Translations under genes and position numbers: made by a program
Assembly (NCBI GenBank): GCA_013265495.1
Contig: MU058059.1
Coordinates: 3,201,502 to 3,265,501, forward strand
Direction: 5' to 3'
DNA length: 64,000 bases
Source: Vicugna vicugna
Lineage: Eukaryota
In this document: one piece after another, positions 12,085-24,090 of the stretch
How the letters are laid out: each line of letters starts with the position of its first letter
Numbering within the stretch: the first letter of the stretch is position 1
Notes under the pieces: model-generated
The model's input: the letters and a program-made list of their open reading frames with translations, nothing else
What the model was told of the DNA's origin: nothing
Database searches by the model: none

Positions 12085-13990
12085 TGAGGACTTCTGGAAT
12101 AGATGGCAGACTGGGGAATGCTCCCTTCTTTTTCAGTAACATATGGAAATGCTAGATAAAAATAAAACATTTAAAAAACACAGCTGAACTTCAAAGCAAG
12201 AAAGAGGGATCTGCAGGTGCCTGAAATGGAAAAAGAACTCAAAGTCATAATCGGAGACAGAAATTGAAGCTCTGTCCTGTAAGGAAAATAGATGAGTTGT
12301 TAGTGTGCGAGCTTTAATGTGGCACTGTAATCCGTGGGCCCAGGGGTGGGAGGGAGCAGTGCCCAGACCAGGAAGGGCTGAATTACTTATGCGTGGGGCC
12401 TACAGAAAAGCCTGTCTGCCAGCCTGGGGTTGTGTTTCCTGCTGTGTGTTCTCCTGCTCTTTTGTTTTCGACCTTTCTGGTGTCCTTTTCTGGTCTCTTT
12501 ACAAAGTGTGTTACTGAGCCTTGTTTTTGTCTAGCCTCAGAGACCCTTATCTTTTAATTAATGAATTTAATTCATTTTCATTTATTGTAATAAATGTAAT
12601 AAATTTATTGTAATAATACATATGTTGGCAATTATTTACATTCTTTTTACTGTATTTCTGTTCATTTTCCATAGTTTCTTAACATATATATAAAATTTTC
12701 TTTCCTTCAAACAAGACAAGTACTTTAACCATTTTCTCACTTTTCTCTAGTCTCCTCCACCCCATCTCCAACCCCTGCAGTGTCCTAGCAACCATCTTGA
12801 TGTTTTGTAGAACTTTAGTTCTGAATTATTAGGGGTATTCTTAAAGCACCCATCCCATCATCTTTCTTTTTATATGAAATACTAGGTTTATTAGGTTATT
12901 TACTCTTAATTCCCATATATCACATAGTGTTCTCATAGATTGACTTCAGTTCTTATTTGAGTACCTACTTAAAAGCAATTTTCAAACAGTGTTTTGGGGG
13001 AGGGAAATAGCTCAGTGGTAGAACACTTGCTTAGCATGCACGAAGTCCTGGGCTCAGTTCTGCAGTACCTCCATTAAAAAAATGTATAGACGTAATTTAG
13101 ATGTATAAACATTAGCAACAATAAACAAATTTTTAAAAAATTCTTGCACTTACTTTGTCTAGGGTGACTCAAACAGGATGTATACATTCTAAGGCCTTTT
13201 TATGCCTGAAAATATTGTTAATCCTCACCCTTAAGTTATAACTTCCTTTGATTAAAGATTTTTGGTTTGAAATTCTTTACCTTTAACATTTTGAAATATT
13301 ACCACATTCTTGCCTCTGATGTTGCTTTTAGGAAGTTCTGATGTCAGATTGATTTCTTTTCCTGGGTGTGTGACCTGTAGTTCCTCTCTAGAAGATTTTG
13401 ACTTTTTTTGTTTATCTTTTTCAGTTTGTAGTGTATCTGAGTGTAGTTCTTTTCTGTCTTGTTTGGCACTTGGATTCATAATCATTCATCCATCCTTTCA
13501 TTCAATAAATACTTACTTATTGGGAGTCTGCTGTATGCCAGGTTGTGCTCCAGATACTTTAATCTGAAATCTTTGATCTTTCCTCATTTCTGGAAAGTTA
13601 TTGGTCATTTTTTCAAATATATTGTTTTCTTCATTTTTTCTTTCTTTCTGGGAATTCTGTTACATGGATTCTGTCACTTCTAACTTCTCCATATCTGTTA
13701 GCTTTAATATTTTCCTTTAAAAAAAAAATCCCTTCCTGTTGCCTTCTGCAACTATCTTCTACCTGACCTCCTAGCTTACTAACTCATTCTTGACTTATCC
13801 ATTGTATTATTTATCTGATCTGTAGGTTCTTTATTTTCAGTCACTTGTACTTTAATATTCTGTATCTCTTCTTGATTCTGTTTACTCCTGCTGCATGTTA
13901 TCAATCTTTTCTTACTTCTTTGAGGATTTTATATGCTTTAAAAAATTCTTATGTCTATTCCATTAATTCTGCTTCATATAGTATATAGAT
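12085..13990. mobile_element. Old L1M/HAL1-like relics: a 5'-end-like piece on +, an ORF1-like piece on -, with an L2 tail at about 13480-13555
   Basis: Minus-strand translation SSREELQVTHPGKEINLTSEL...IFQNVKGKEFQTKNL resembles the L1 ORF1p C-terminal domain. Confidence 0.6.
12996..13140 (+). mobile_element. tRNA-Ala-derived SINE (camelid Vic-1-like)
   Basis: gggggagggaaatagctcagtggtagaacacttgcttagcatgcacgaagtcctggg...cagtacctccattaaaaa; A box TAGCTCAGTGG, damaged B box, AT-rich tail. Confidence 0.85.
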
Positions 13991-14029
13991 GGTTTAGTTT
14001 GAGTTTAGATCCAGATGCCAACATTTTTT

Positions 14030-15920
14030 AGCTTATCAAAGTTAATCTGAAATTTATTTGGTGAGAACTGGCAAGATAATTTTGAAAACAAAAAATGATG
14101 AGACACTAAAATTTATTATAAAGCTATACAAAAAAGTATAAAAAATAAAATACTCAAATGCAAAAAAAATCCAAAGCAAAATGGTATAATATTGGTATAA
14201 GAATGGAAAGACAGAGTAGAGAAACAGACTGGAATGCCTAGAAACTGATTTCAGTATATAAAGAAATAAGATTGTTATTAAAAACTGGCATTACAGATAG
14301 ATGAGAAGAGTTAAATATAAAAAGAAGTTAAAGGGAATAAAAGTGAATACGTTTTGTGATCTTGGAGTAAAGATGGTATAAGCCTAAAAATGAAGAAAGG
14401 ATTTATGAAGAAAATACAGGCATAAAATGTATTTTTGATTGTACGTTGTACAATCCATTGTACCCTTATGTTCATAGCATTGTTTGCTGTGGTCAAAAGG
14501 TGGAAGCAACCCACGTGTCCATCAGTGGCTAAGTGGATAAGTAAAATAAGGTATTTACATGCAGTGGAAGGTATATTATTCAGCCTATGAAAGGAAGGAC
14601 ACATAATACCGTATGGGTGATCCTTGAAGACAGGCTTAGTGAAATAAGCCAGTATGAAAGGACAAATGTTAAGTAATTCCACTTATATGAGGTACCTAGA
14701 GTAGTCAGATTCATGGAGACAGAAAGTGAAATAGTGGTTACCAGGGACTCAGAAGAGTGGGAAATTATTTAATGGGTAGAGTTTCAGTTGGGGTAGATGA
14801 AAAAGTTCTGAAGATGGATAGTGATGATGGGTGCACAACAGTGTGAATGTATTTAATGCCACAGAACTATATACTTAGAAGAAACAACAAGTGTTGGCAA
14901 GGATATGGAGAAAAAGGAACCCATGTGCACTGTTGGTAGGAATGTAAATTGGTTCAGCCCCTGTAGAAAACAGTACAGAGATTACTCAAAATATTAAAAA
15001 TAGAATTCCTTATGATCCAGCAGTTCCACTTCTGGATATTTATCTCGAAGGAAATGAAAACACTAATGTGAAAAGGTATTATTTATAATAACCAAGATAT
15101 GGAAACAGCGCAAGTGCCCATTGATGGATGAATGGATGAAGAAAATGTGATGTGTAGCTCTATATATGTATGTGTACACACGTGTACACACACACACACA
15201 CAAAATGGAATATTATTCATCTATAAAAAGAGTGAAATCTTGATGTTTGTGACAGCGTGGATGGACCTCAAAGGGCATTATGCTAAGTGAAATAAGTTAG
15301 ACAATGGAAGACAAATAACATCTGATTTCTCTTATAGAAGGGATTTTTTTAAAAAAAGTTTGTAGGTACAGAGAACAGATTTGTGGTTGCCAGAGTGAGG
15401 GAGGGGTGGGATAGAAATGGGTGAGAGAGGACAAAATATATTTTTTTTAATTGTGGAGAAAAAATCATGGGAATGTGAAGTACAGCATGGTGACTATAGT
15501 TAATAATACTGTATTGCATATTTGAAAGTTGCTAAGAGACTAAATCTTTAAAAGTTCGCATCACAAGAATAAAGGTTTGTAACTGCACGGTGATAAATGT
15601 TAACTAGACTTACTGTGGTGATTATTTTGCAATATACATAAATGCCAGATCATTATATTGTACACCTGAAACTGATATGTTACATGTCAGTTATGCCTCA
15701 AAGCATGATTAAAATGGTAAATTCTGTGTACGTATATTTAACTACATTTTATGTGTGTGTATGTGTGTGCAACAAAAATGACAGCATAGTTTTTCTTTTA
15801 CAAATCAATAGAAAAATGATGATTTCCACAGTAGAAAAATGGCTAAAGATCCTAGCAAAATTCGGAAGAGGAAAAACGGAGAATAAGTGATTGAAGTAGG
15901 GTATAAAGTTTTTTGATAAT
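14030..15920 (+). mobile_element. Nested L1 cluster: L1MA9-like 3' end (about 14880-15700) inside an L1MB-like 3' end (about 14455-15745) inside an older L1 ORF2 relic
   Basis: The L1MB-type sequence ...gccacagaactatatacttag breaks at about 14879 and resumes as attaaaatggtaaattc at about 15708. The insert begins caagtgttggcaaggatatggagaaa and ends gtacacctgaaact...cagttatgcctcaa. Confidence 0.85.
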
Positions 15921-16137
15921 GAGAAGTCACCTAAGGGATCAGAGCACGGAATGGGATATGGACATGAACTCTGAAGAAGGCCAGGATGGGGCCAGGATTT
16001 TGATGTAGAGATAAAGGCTGTAAGTGACGAAGTTAGTATTTAGTGAAGTGACTGGCAGGTGTGTGGGTGCTTGCTGTGAAAAGGGTAGGGGCAAATGTTG
16101 CTTAATGGTTCCCAAGCCATTAAAATTACCTGGGAAC

Positions 16138-17500
16138 TTTTTTTTTTAATAACCTATTTACTTCAGAATAGTACTAGATTTAGAGAACAGTTGCAAAGGT
16201 AGCACAGAGTTCCTGTATACTTTACCCCAGGTTCTTCTGTTTTCAGTGTCTTAACGTTAGCATGGTACATTTGCCATAACTGATAGACCAATATTGATAC
16301 ATTATTATCAAGTAAGTCCATACTTTGTTCAGATTTCAGTAGTTTTCACCAAATGTCGTTTCTTTGTTCCAGAATCCTATTCATAATACCACATTACATT
16401 TAGTCATCATGTCTCCTTAAGCTCTTCTTGACTGATAATTTCTCAGATTTTCTTTGTTTTTGATGACCTTGACAGTTTTAAAGAGTGCTGGTCAGGTCGT
16501 TTTGTAGGGTGTCCCACTCCTGGAATTTGTCACGTTTTTCTTATGATTAGACTGGGATTATGCAATTTGGGGAGGAAGATTACAGAGGTAAAATGCCATT
16601 TTCACCACATCTTATCAAGGCTACCTATTATCCGCATGATTCATCACTTGATGCTAACTTTGATCACCTTGCTGAGATATTACTTGCTGAGCTTTTCACG
16701 TTCTTGTTTTCCCCACCTTGTTCCATGTTGTGTTCTTTGGTAGAAAATCACTCTGTGGCTTACACTTAGTGGGGAGTTACGCTCCACCGCCTTGAGAGCA
16801 GAACATCTACATAAACTGCCTAAAATTCTTCATGAAAATTTGTCTTCTCTCTTATTTTTTAATTTGTTCAATTCACTTATTTACATCAGTATGGACACAT
16901 GGATATTTATACCCAACCCTCTTTTACTTACTCTGTTGCTCAGAGTAGTCTGACTTTGCCAGTGGGGACCTCTTTCAGTTGATATCCCTTTGACATATTC
17001 CCATTGTTGAGTTTATATATTTATGTATATTTTTTGAGCACTTTCTTACTCTGGCAGTACAAGAGTCTCCAGACTCACGTTGTATATTTTCTGCCTTAGA
17101 ATCAGCCATTTCTCTAAGGAACTCAGGTTCCTTTCACTGAAGAAAGGTACTCATAACCAAGATCTTGGTGTTAGGTGTGCTCCTTGTTAGTGACGTCTGT
17201 TGCTTCTGAGCTTTGAGCTGACAGGAAGGAAATATATGTATGTACACTAATTCTGTATATACATATCTATAAATACTTCTGTATGTAACCATCTGCATCT
17301 GCACCAAGCAAGACATGAGTTCATACTGATGTCTCAAACAGTGATCCATTCCCACATTGCAGCCTCCTCCTGACTTGCCCGTCTGTAACCTCCTACTCCA
17401 ACGGTGAGAACTGGCGCCCACCATCCACTGTTCATTTACCCAGGTGTCTGTTTCCAGAATGCACGTATGCTGATTTCAGAATTGTTAATGCGTACCACTA
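16138..17500 (-). mobile_element. L1MC3/L1MD-type 3'UTR, apparently inserted in a MER5-like hAT relic (flanks about 16105-16137 and 17715-17850)
   Basis: T-tail, gatttagagaacagttgcaaaggtagcacagagttcc, ataccacattacatttagtcatcatgtctcctta, gatgaccttgacagtttt. Confidence 0.8.
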
Positions 17501-17505
17501 GGGAG

Positions 17506-17712
17506 CTTTTTTCTTGAAATAAAATTCACATAACATAATTCACCATTTTAACCACTTTAAAATGTACAATTCACTGGTTTTAAGTATATTCACAGTGTTT
17601 TGCAACCATCATCACTATATAATTCCAGAATATTTTCATCATCCAAAAAGAAACATTGTACCCATTGAGCAGCCAGTCCCTGTTTCCCTCTCCCCCAGCA
17701 CCTGCAGCCACT
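17506..17712 (-). mobile_element. L1MB-like 3' end
   Basis: aattcacataacataattcaccatttta...tgtacaattca...tatattcacagtgttttgcaaccatc. Confidence 0.8.
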
Positions 17713-20700
17713 ATGGGGGCTTTTAAAAAAGTGTTATTTATGTTACCTCCAGATACACTGATTTAGTAGCTCTAAAGTTGAAGCTAAAATATGTATCTTT
17801 AAAAACAAGAATTCTGCTTTGCTTTTGATAAGGAAGTTTGAATTACCAAGTGGCATGAGCCTAAAAGAACAGCATATTTCGAGTAAATTGAAATGTAGAA
17901 GCAATAGTGTCAGTCAAGGAGCACCTCATCAAAGCTAAAAGCAAGGCCAACTACAGTCGGGTGATTTTTAATTTAAAAGTCAACTTAGGGTTAAAGTTGG
18001 GGAAAGAAATCATTTTATAAACTGTCAGTTTGTTACATCTGTGTTTATATTTCAGTTCAGTTTTAATCTGTGTAGTCTATTTCATCTGTTACCAAGTTTT
18101 GGTGTCAGTAACTTTGTTCTGCCTGTTTTCTCTTGGGGGTTTTGTTCTGTTTTGTGATTTTATTTTAAATTTTTGCTTAGCCTAATCATAGAAAGCTACC
18201 TTCTTCCTCTCCCCACTCCCTTGGTAAAAATGCACTCTTAAAGGAGGAGTACAAATTGCCAAGTAGCTCTGGAGCTGTGGTAAAGCCAGGTATATCTGAT
18301 AACTGAGTTGGGAGACTTGCTGACACACTAAGTTTCCTCTCTTGGTTTGTAGGTGGAAGCTAAAGACAAGTACTTAGTGTTTTGTGATTCCCTATGCAGA
18401 ACTTTTAAGACAAACTTACAGTTTGAAGATAGAGTGACTAGAGCAAACAGAATAAAATCACATTTAAAGCATTGATTCTGAGGGTCCAGTGCTTACTAAA
18501 TGCTGAAAGACTATGAAGTGATCTCAAAATACAGGCTTTCCCTAATTCTTTTTTTTTCATTTTTCAGTTTTATTAGGTAGAATTGTTACATTTTGACTCA
18601 CATACAATATATTGCTTGTAAACACATATGTACGATATACTACACATTCTTTTAGTTAACATATATGTACTGATTATTGTTTCTAATGACAGTTTAGAGC
18701 TTTAGGTTTTTAAACTTACATGGTTACCAAAGGAATAAAGCCAACCACAAAATAAGAATCAACAGGAGACTTTTCCTAATTCTAAGAGGAACATTTCTGG
18801 AGATTTTCACCATAGCATACAGCTTCACAAATTTATCTATTTCTGTTCTCCAAAGTTCTCTAGCTATATAGTCAACTAGAGGTATTTTTTCCTCTCATTC
18901 CCATCTTGCAAATAGTCTACCAGAGTCTTCTCTTCTTTGTTTCCCTTAACCCTCTCTCGTTTTGCCACATTGGGTAGTTATTCCCAAAAGGCATGGTCCC
19001 AAGGCTTATTTCTTTCTTGAGTAGCTCTCCAAGGTTTCTTCTCAACACAGTGTGGCCTCTCCTAGTGTGCAATTTTGTACTCTCTACTAAGAAGATAAAA
19101 TTTTCTCCAAATTGTTAGCCTTAGGATAAGTAGTAATTCATAAACAACAACAAAAATTAGCATATTAATGTGTCCTGAAGAGTCAGTTTAGTTACTGTAC
19201 TAAGAAGTCTGACCTGCAAGCAAGACCTGGCATCCTTGCAGTACCTTAGCTTTTAAGAAGGATGCTTATCTGTGTATGTCACCATTCTTGTCTTGAGTTA
19301 GTTGTGTTCCTTGAGTTTGCTGTTCTTGCTATTAAATTATAATTTAGCATTAGTTTAGTGACATTTAGTGACATCATTAAATTTGTTATACTCATTTGGT
19401 TAACCTTTATATTGTAGGGTGGTGATATACATTTTTATCAACAGTAGTATTTGGCACATTTCCAGTGCCTGGACTTCTTGGGCATACATGCATTGCCCCC
19501 CACCCCCAAATGAATTGTATATTGTGTCTCAAAAATGAGTTGGTCAGGCTCCATTTGCTAAAGCAAGTGCACGTATAATCCATGAGAATTTGCTTGTAGA
19601 ATGATTTTTTTCCTCTACTGGAAAGAAGGTTATGGTAAAGTAAATGGACAGTGGGGTCTTTTTCACCACCTTACACAAGTGAAGAGATTTGAGATACAGT
19701 AGTTTTCTTCCAGTTGTGATTACCTCCTCCTCCAGTGTCAAAAGTAGTTTCTGGAGATCCCAATAAAGGAGGCTTTGAAAAATCAGTTTAGAAAATAGTG
19801 TTTAAACTTGTGTTTAATTGTAAAGAACTGGTAAAACTTAAAACATTTTCTACTTAATAATATAAAAGGAAAAGAAATACAAACACTGATTTACAAGCTT
19901 CTATTGAGACTGTTTCAAACTTAAAACCCTACAGGAGACAGTAACTAAGAAAATCTTTCTGTCTAGAGTGGAAGAGAAAGTAAACTTCCAGAGAAGCCCG
20001 TGTTAAAGGTTGTAATTAATAGGCCGTGACATGAAACTAATAGTTGCTCTGTATACTTCCCAGAAAAAAAGGAAACATAAATCTAAAAGAAAACTATGGC
20101 GCATTTATGGCGTATCTGTCAGTAGAGTGACAGACTAAATGTGAGACCGGTATTTGCTCTTGAGGATCCTTTTCATTGTCAATGAAAGTACTCTCCCAAA
20201 GAGTTACTGTCCTGTGAAGATAGGAAGTGACAGTAAAATGTTTTGTTTTGTTTTTAATAAGACTCTTAGGCTGCCTAATGTGGTTATTTTCAAATGAGTT
20301 GATACCCCGCATACCCACATACATGTACGTTGTGCTTAACGTGGTAGGGAGCTGTATTAAAAAATTAATAATCCTGTATTAATAAAGTGGCCGTGCTACT
20401 TTGCATTTCTTCCTAACCCTTGGCAGTGTATCAGAGTTCCAGTTCCTCTACATCACCAGTACTTGATCTTCCTTCCTTGTTCTGATTTCAGCTGTTCTTG
20501 TGGGTGTATAGTAGCATCTCATTATTATTTTCCTGATGACTAACGACTAACTTTTTCTGTGCTTATTTGCCACTTATTATATATTCTTTGATGAACTACC
20601 TGTTGAAGTCTTTTGTTCCTTTTAAAGTTGGATTATCTTCTTATTGATTTGTGGGAGTTATTTATATATTCTGGATATAAGTCATTTATAAAGATATAAT

Positions 20701-21546
20701 TTGCAACTATTTTCTCCCTGTGTGGCTTGCTTTGCGTTTTCTTAACAATGTCATTTAAAGAGCAAAAGTGTGCTTTGTGAAGTTCAATTTATCCATATTT
20801 TTCCTTTTATGGTTTCTGCTTTTCATAGCCTATTTAAGAAGTCTTTGTTTAACCCAAGGTCATACAGTTGTTCTAACACTATTTGTATCTTTATAATGTA
20901 CTATATCTTTATGATGAAATCAGGTAATGTATGTAAGTCCATGAATTTGGTTTTTTTCTCAAAGTTATTTGGACTTTTTTAGGTCCTTACCATTTTTGTA
21001 TCCATTCTAGAGACAATTAGTCAGTTTCTATTAAAAAAAGAAGCATCCTGAGATTTTGACAAGGACTGCATTACTTTAGAGATCAGTCTGGGGGAGAACT
21101 GACATTTTACTGAGACTTCTAATCCATATGAACATAGTCTATCTCTTTATTTTGGTCTTTAATTTCTTTCAGCAGTGTTTTTTATTTGTCAGTATGTAGT
21201 CTTACACGTATTTTGTTATATTTATTCCTAAGAATTTAGTATTTTTGATGCTATTATAAGTTGTGTTTTTAATTGCAATATCAAACTTTTTGTTGTTCGT
21301 ATATAGAAATAATACTAATTTTCATGTATTGACCATGAATCCTTTGTCCTTTTGTGCTTGCTTATAAGTTCTAGTAACCTCTTTGTAGATACTTTGCCTT
21401 TGTTTCCATAGGCAATCATTTCATCCTGAAATAAGACCAGTTTACTTCTTCCTTTCCAAGCTATATACCTTTTATTTCTTTTTCTTGCTTTATTTTACTA
21501 CTTAGGGCCACCAGTAAGTATAATTTTGAATACAAGTGGTGATACC

Positions 21547-24090
21547 ATCTCAAAAGATGCAGAAAAAGCATTTGACAAAATTCAACATCCTTTCATGATA
21601 AAAAAAACTCTTTAACAACTTAGGTATAGAAGGAATATACTGAAACATAATAAAGGCTGTATGTAACAAGCCCACAGCTAACATCATACTCAACAGTGAA
21701 AAGCTTTTAGCTTTTCTTCTAAGGTCAGGAACAAGACAAGGATGCCCACTCTCACCACTTCTGTTCAACAAAGTACTAGAAGTCCTAACCAGAGAAGTTA
21801 GGCAAAAGAAATAAAAGACATCCAAATCAAAAAGAAAGATGTTAAATTGTCTCTGCAGATGGCATGATCTTATATATAAAAAGCCCTAAAGATTCTACAA
21901 AAACTGTTGAGCTAATAATTTCGGTAGAGTTTCCAGATACAAAATCATCATTCAAAAAGCAATTGCATTTATCTACACTAACAGTGAACTCTCTGAAAAA
22001 GAACTTTTTAAAATCCCATTTATAATAGCATGACAGAGAATAATATACTTAGAAATACTTTAACCAAGTAGGTAAAAGATCTGTACACTGAAACATGTAA
22101 ACGACTTTGATGAAAGAAGTTAGACATGAATAAATGGAAAGATACCCTGTGTTCGATAGGGAAGAGTTATTATTAAAATGACAGTACTACCCAAAGTGCT
22201 CTACAGATTCAGTGCAGTCTTTATCAAAATTACAGTGGTGTTTTTCACAGCAGTAGAAAAAACAATTCTAAAATTCATGTAGAACCAGAAAAGACTCTGA
22301 ATAGCCAAAGCAATCTTGAGAAAGAAAACAAAGCTGGAGGCATCGCACTGTCTGATTTCAAACTGTACTGCAAAGCTATAGTGATCAAAACAGTAGGGTA
22401 CTAGCATAAAAAGAGACACACAGACCAATAGAACAGAATAAAAAGCCCAGAAACAAACCCACACATACAGTCAACTAATCTTTGACAAGAATGCCAAGAA
22501 CTCAAAATGGGAAAAGGATATTTTTTCAGTAAGTGGTGTTGGGAAAAGTGGATATCCACATGCAAAAGAATGAAATTGACCTCATATATGTCATATACAA
22601 AAATTAACTTGAAATAGACTAATAAATGCAAGGCCTGAAACCATAAAATTCCTACAAAAAAATACAAGGAAAAAGCTTCTTGCATTAGTCTTAACTGATT
22701 TCACGGACATGACACCAAAAGCACAGACAACAAGAGCAAAAGTAAGTGGGACTATATCAGATAAAAAATATTCTGCCCAGCGAAGGAAACAAAATGAAAA
22801 GGTAGCCTATGAAATGGGAGAAAAATATTTGTGAACCATACATCTGAGAAGGGGGTAATATCCAAAATATGTAAGGAAACTCATACAGTTCAAGCAAAAC
22901 CAAAACAAAACAACAGCAACAACAAAGAAATGGTTAAAAAATGGGCAAAGGTCCTGAACAGGCATTGTTTTGAAAGAGGACATGCATATATGTAAAGGTA
23001 CATAGCATCACTAATCATAAGGGAAACAGAAATCAAACCACTAGGAGATAACACCATGTACCTCTTAGGATGGCTGTTACCAAAAAGACAGGAGATAGTA
23101 AGCGTTGGTGAGGATGTGACAAAAAGGGTCCCTTGCACACTGTTGGTAAGAATGTAAATTGGTGCAGCCACTTTGGAAAACAGGATGGAGATTCCTCAAA
23201 AAATTAGAAGTAGTACTGCTGTCTGATCCAGCAATCCTACTTTCTGGTATATGTCCAGAGGAAATGAAAGTAGTAGTCTCTGTATGTTACCCCATTACCC
23301 CATGTTCATTGCAGCATTATTCACAATAGCCAAAGTACAGAATCAACCTGTTGATGGATAAATGGATAAAGAAAATGTTGACCCTTGAACCAGGGTAGGG
23401 GTTATGGACACCAGTCCTCTGTGCAATCAAAAATCTGTGTATAACTTTGCAGTTGGCTCTCTCTATCTGCAGTTCTATGTTCTCTGATTCAACCAACCCT
23501 GGATAGTGTAGTAGGTATTTATTGAAAAAAAAAAACCCCACGTATAAATGGACCTTCACAGTTCAAACCTGTGTGTGTTGCTCAAGGGTCAACTGTATAT
23601 ATTTACAGTGGGATTTATTCAGCCATTAAAAACGTGTATCCTGCTATTTGCCACAACAGGGTTGAACCTGGAAGACATGCTATATAAGTGAAATAAACCA
23701 ACAGATAAATACGCTATGATCTTACTTAGCTGTGGAATCTAAAAATGTTGAAATCACAGAGCCAGGGAGTAGGGTGGTGGTTGCCAGAGGCTGGGGAGTG
23801 GGTGAAATGGAGATGATGGTCAAAGGACGTAAACTTTCACTTGTAAGATGAGTAAGTTCTGGGGATCTAATGTACAGTCAATAATGTTGTATTGTATACT
23901 TGAAATTTGCTGAGAGTAGATTTTAAGTGTTCTCACTGCACATGCACATAAAATGCTAACTATGTAGAGAGATACATATGTTAATTAGCTTGATTGTGCT
24001 AATCATTTCACATAAATCATCTCATTGTACACCTTAAATATATACAATTTTCATTTGTCAATTATACATTAGTAAAGCTGTGGGTGAAAA
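21547..24090 (+). mobile_element. 5'-truncated L1 (L1MA8/9-like), ORF2 RT/C-terminal region plus 3'UTR, disrupted
   Basis: Translates to ISKDAEKAFDKIQHPFMIKK and [10 protein letters not shown] (L1 RT motifs); the FADD motif is degenerate; stops and frameshifts present; 3' end tttgtcaattatacattagtaaagctg. Confidence 0.92.
23377..23595 (-). mobile_element. Tigger2a-like (Tc1/mariner) MITE inserted in the L1
   Basis: TIRs gttgacccttgaac ... ctcaagggtcaactg followed by TA; internal sequence is the reverse complement of the 50056 copy. Confidence 0.85.

Noticed and set aside
21550..23171. Minus-strand ORFs of 87-94 aa (e.g. [17 protein letters not shown])
   Set aside because: Typical antisense reading frames of L1 ORF2; not genes.
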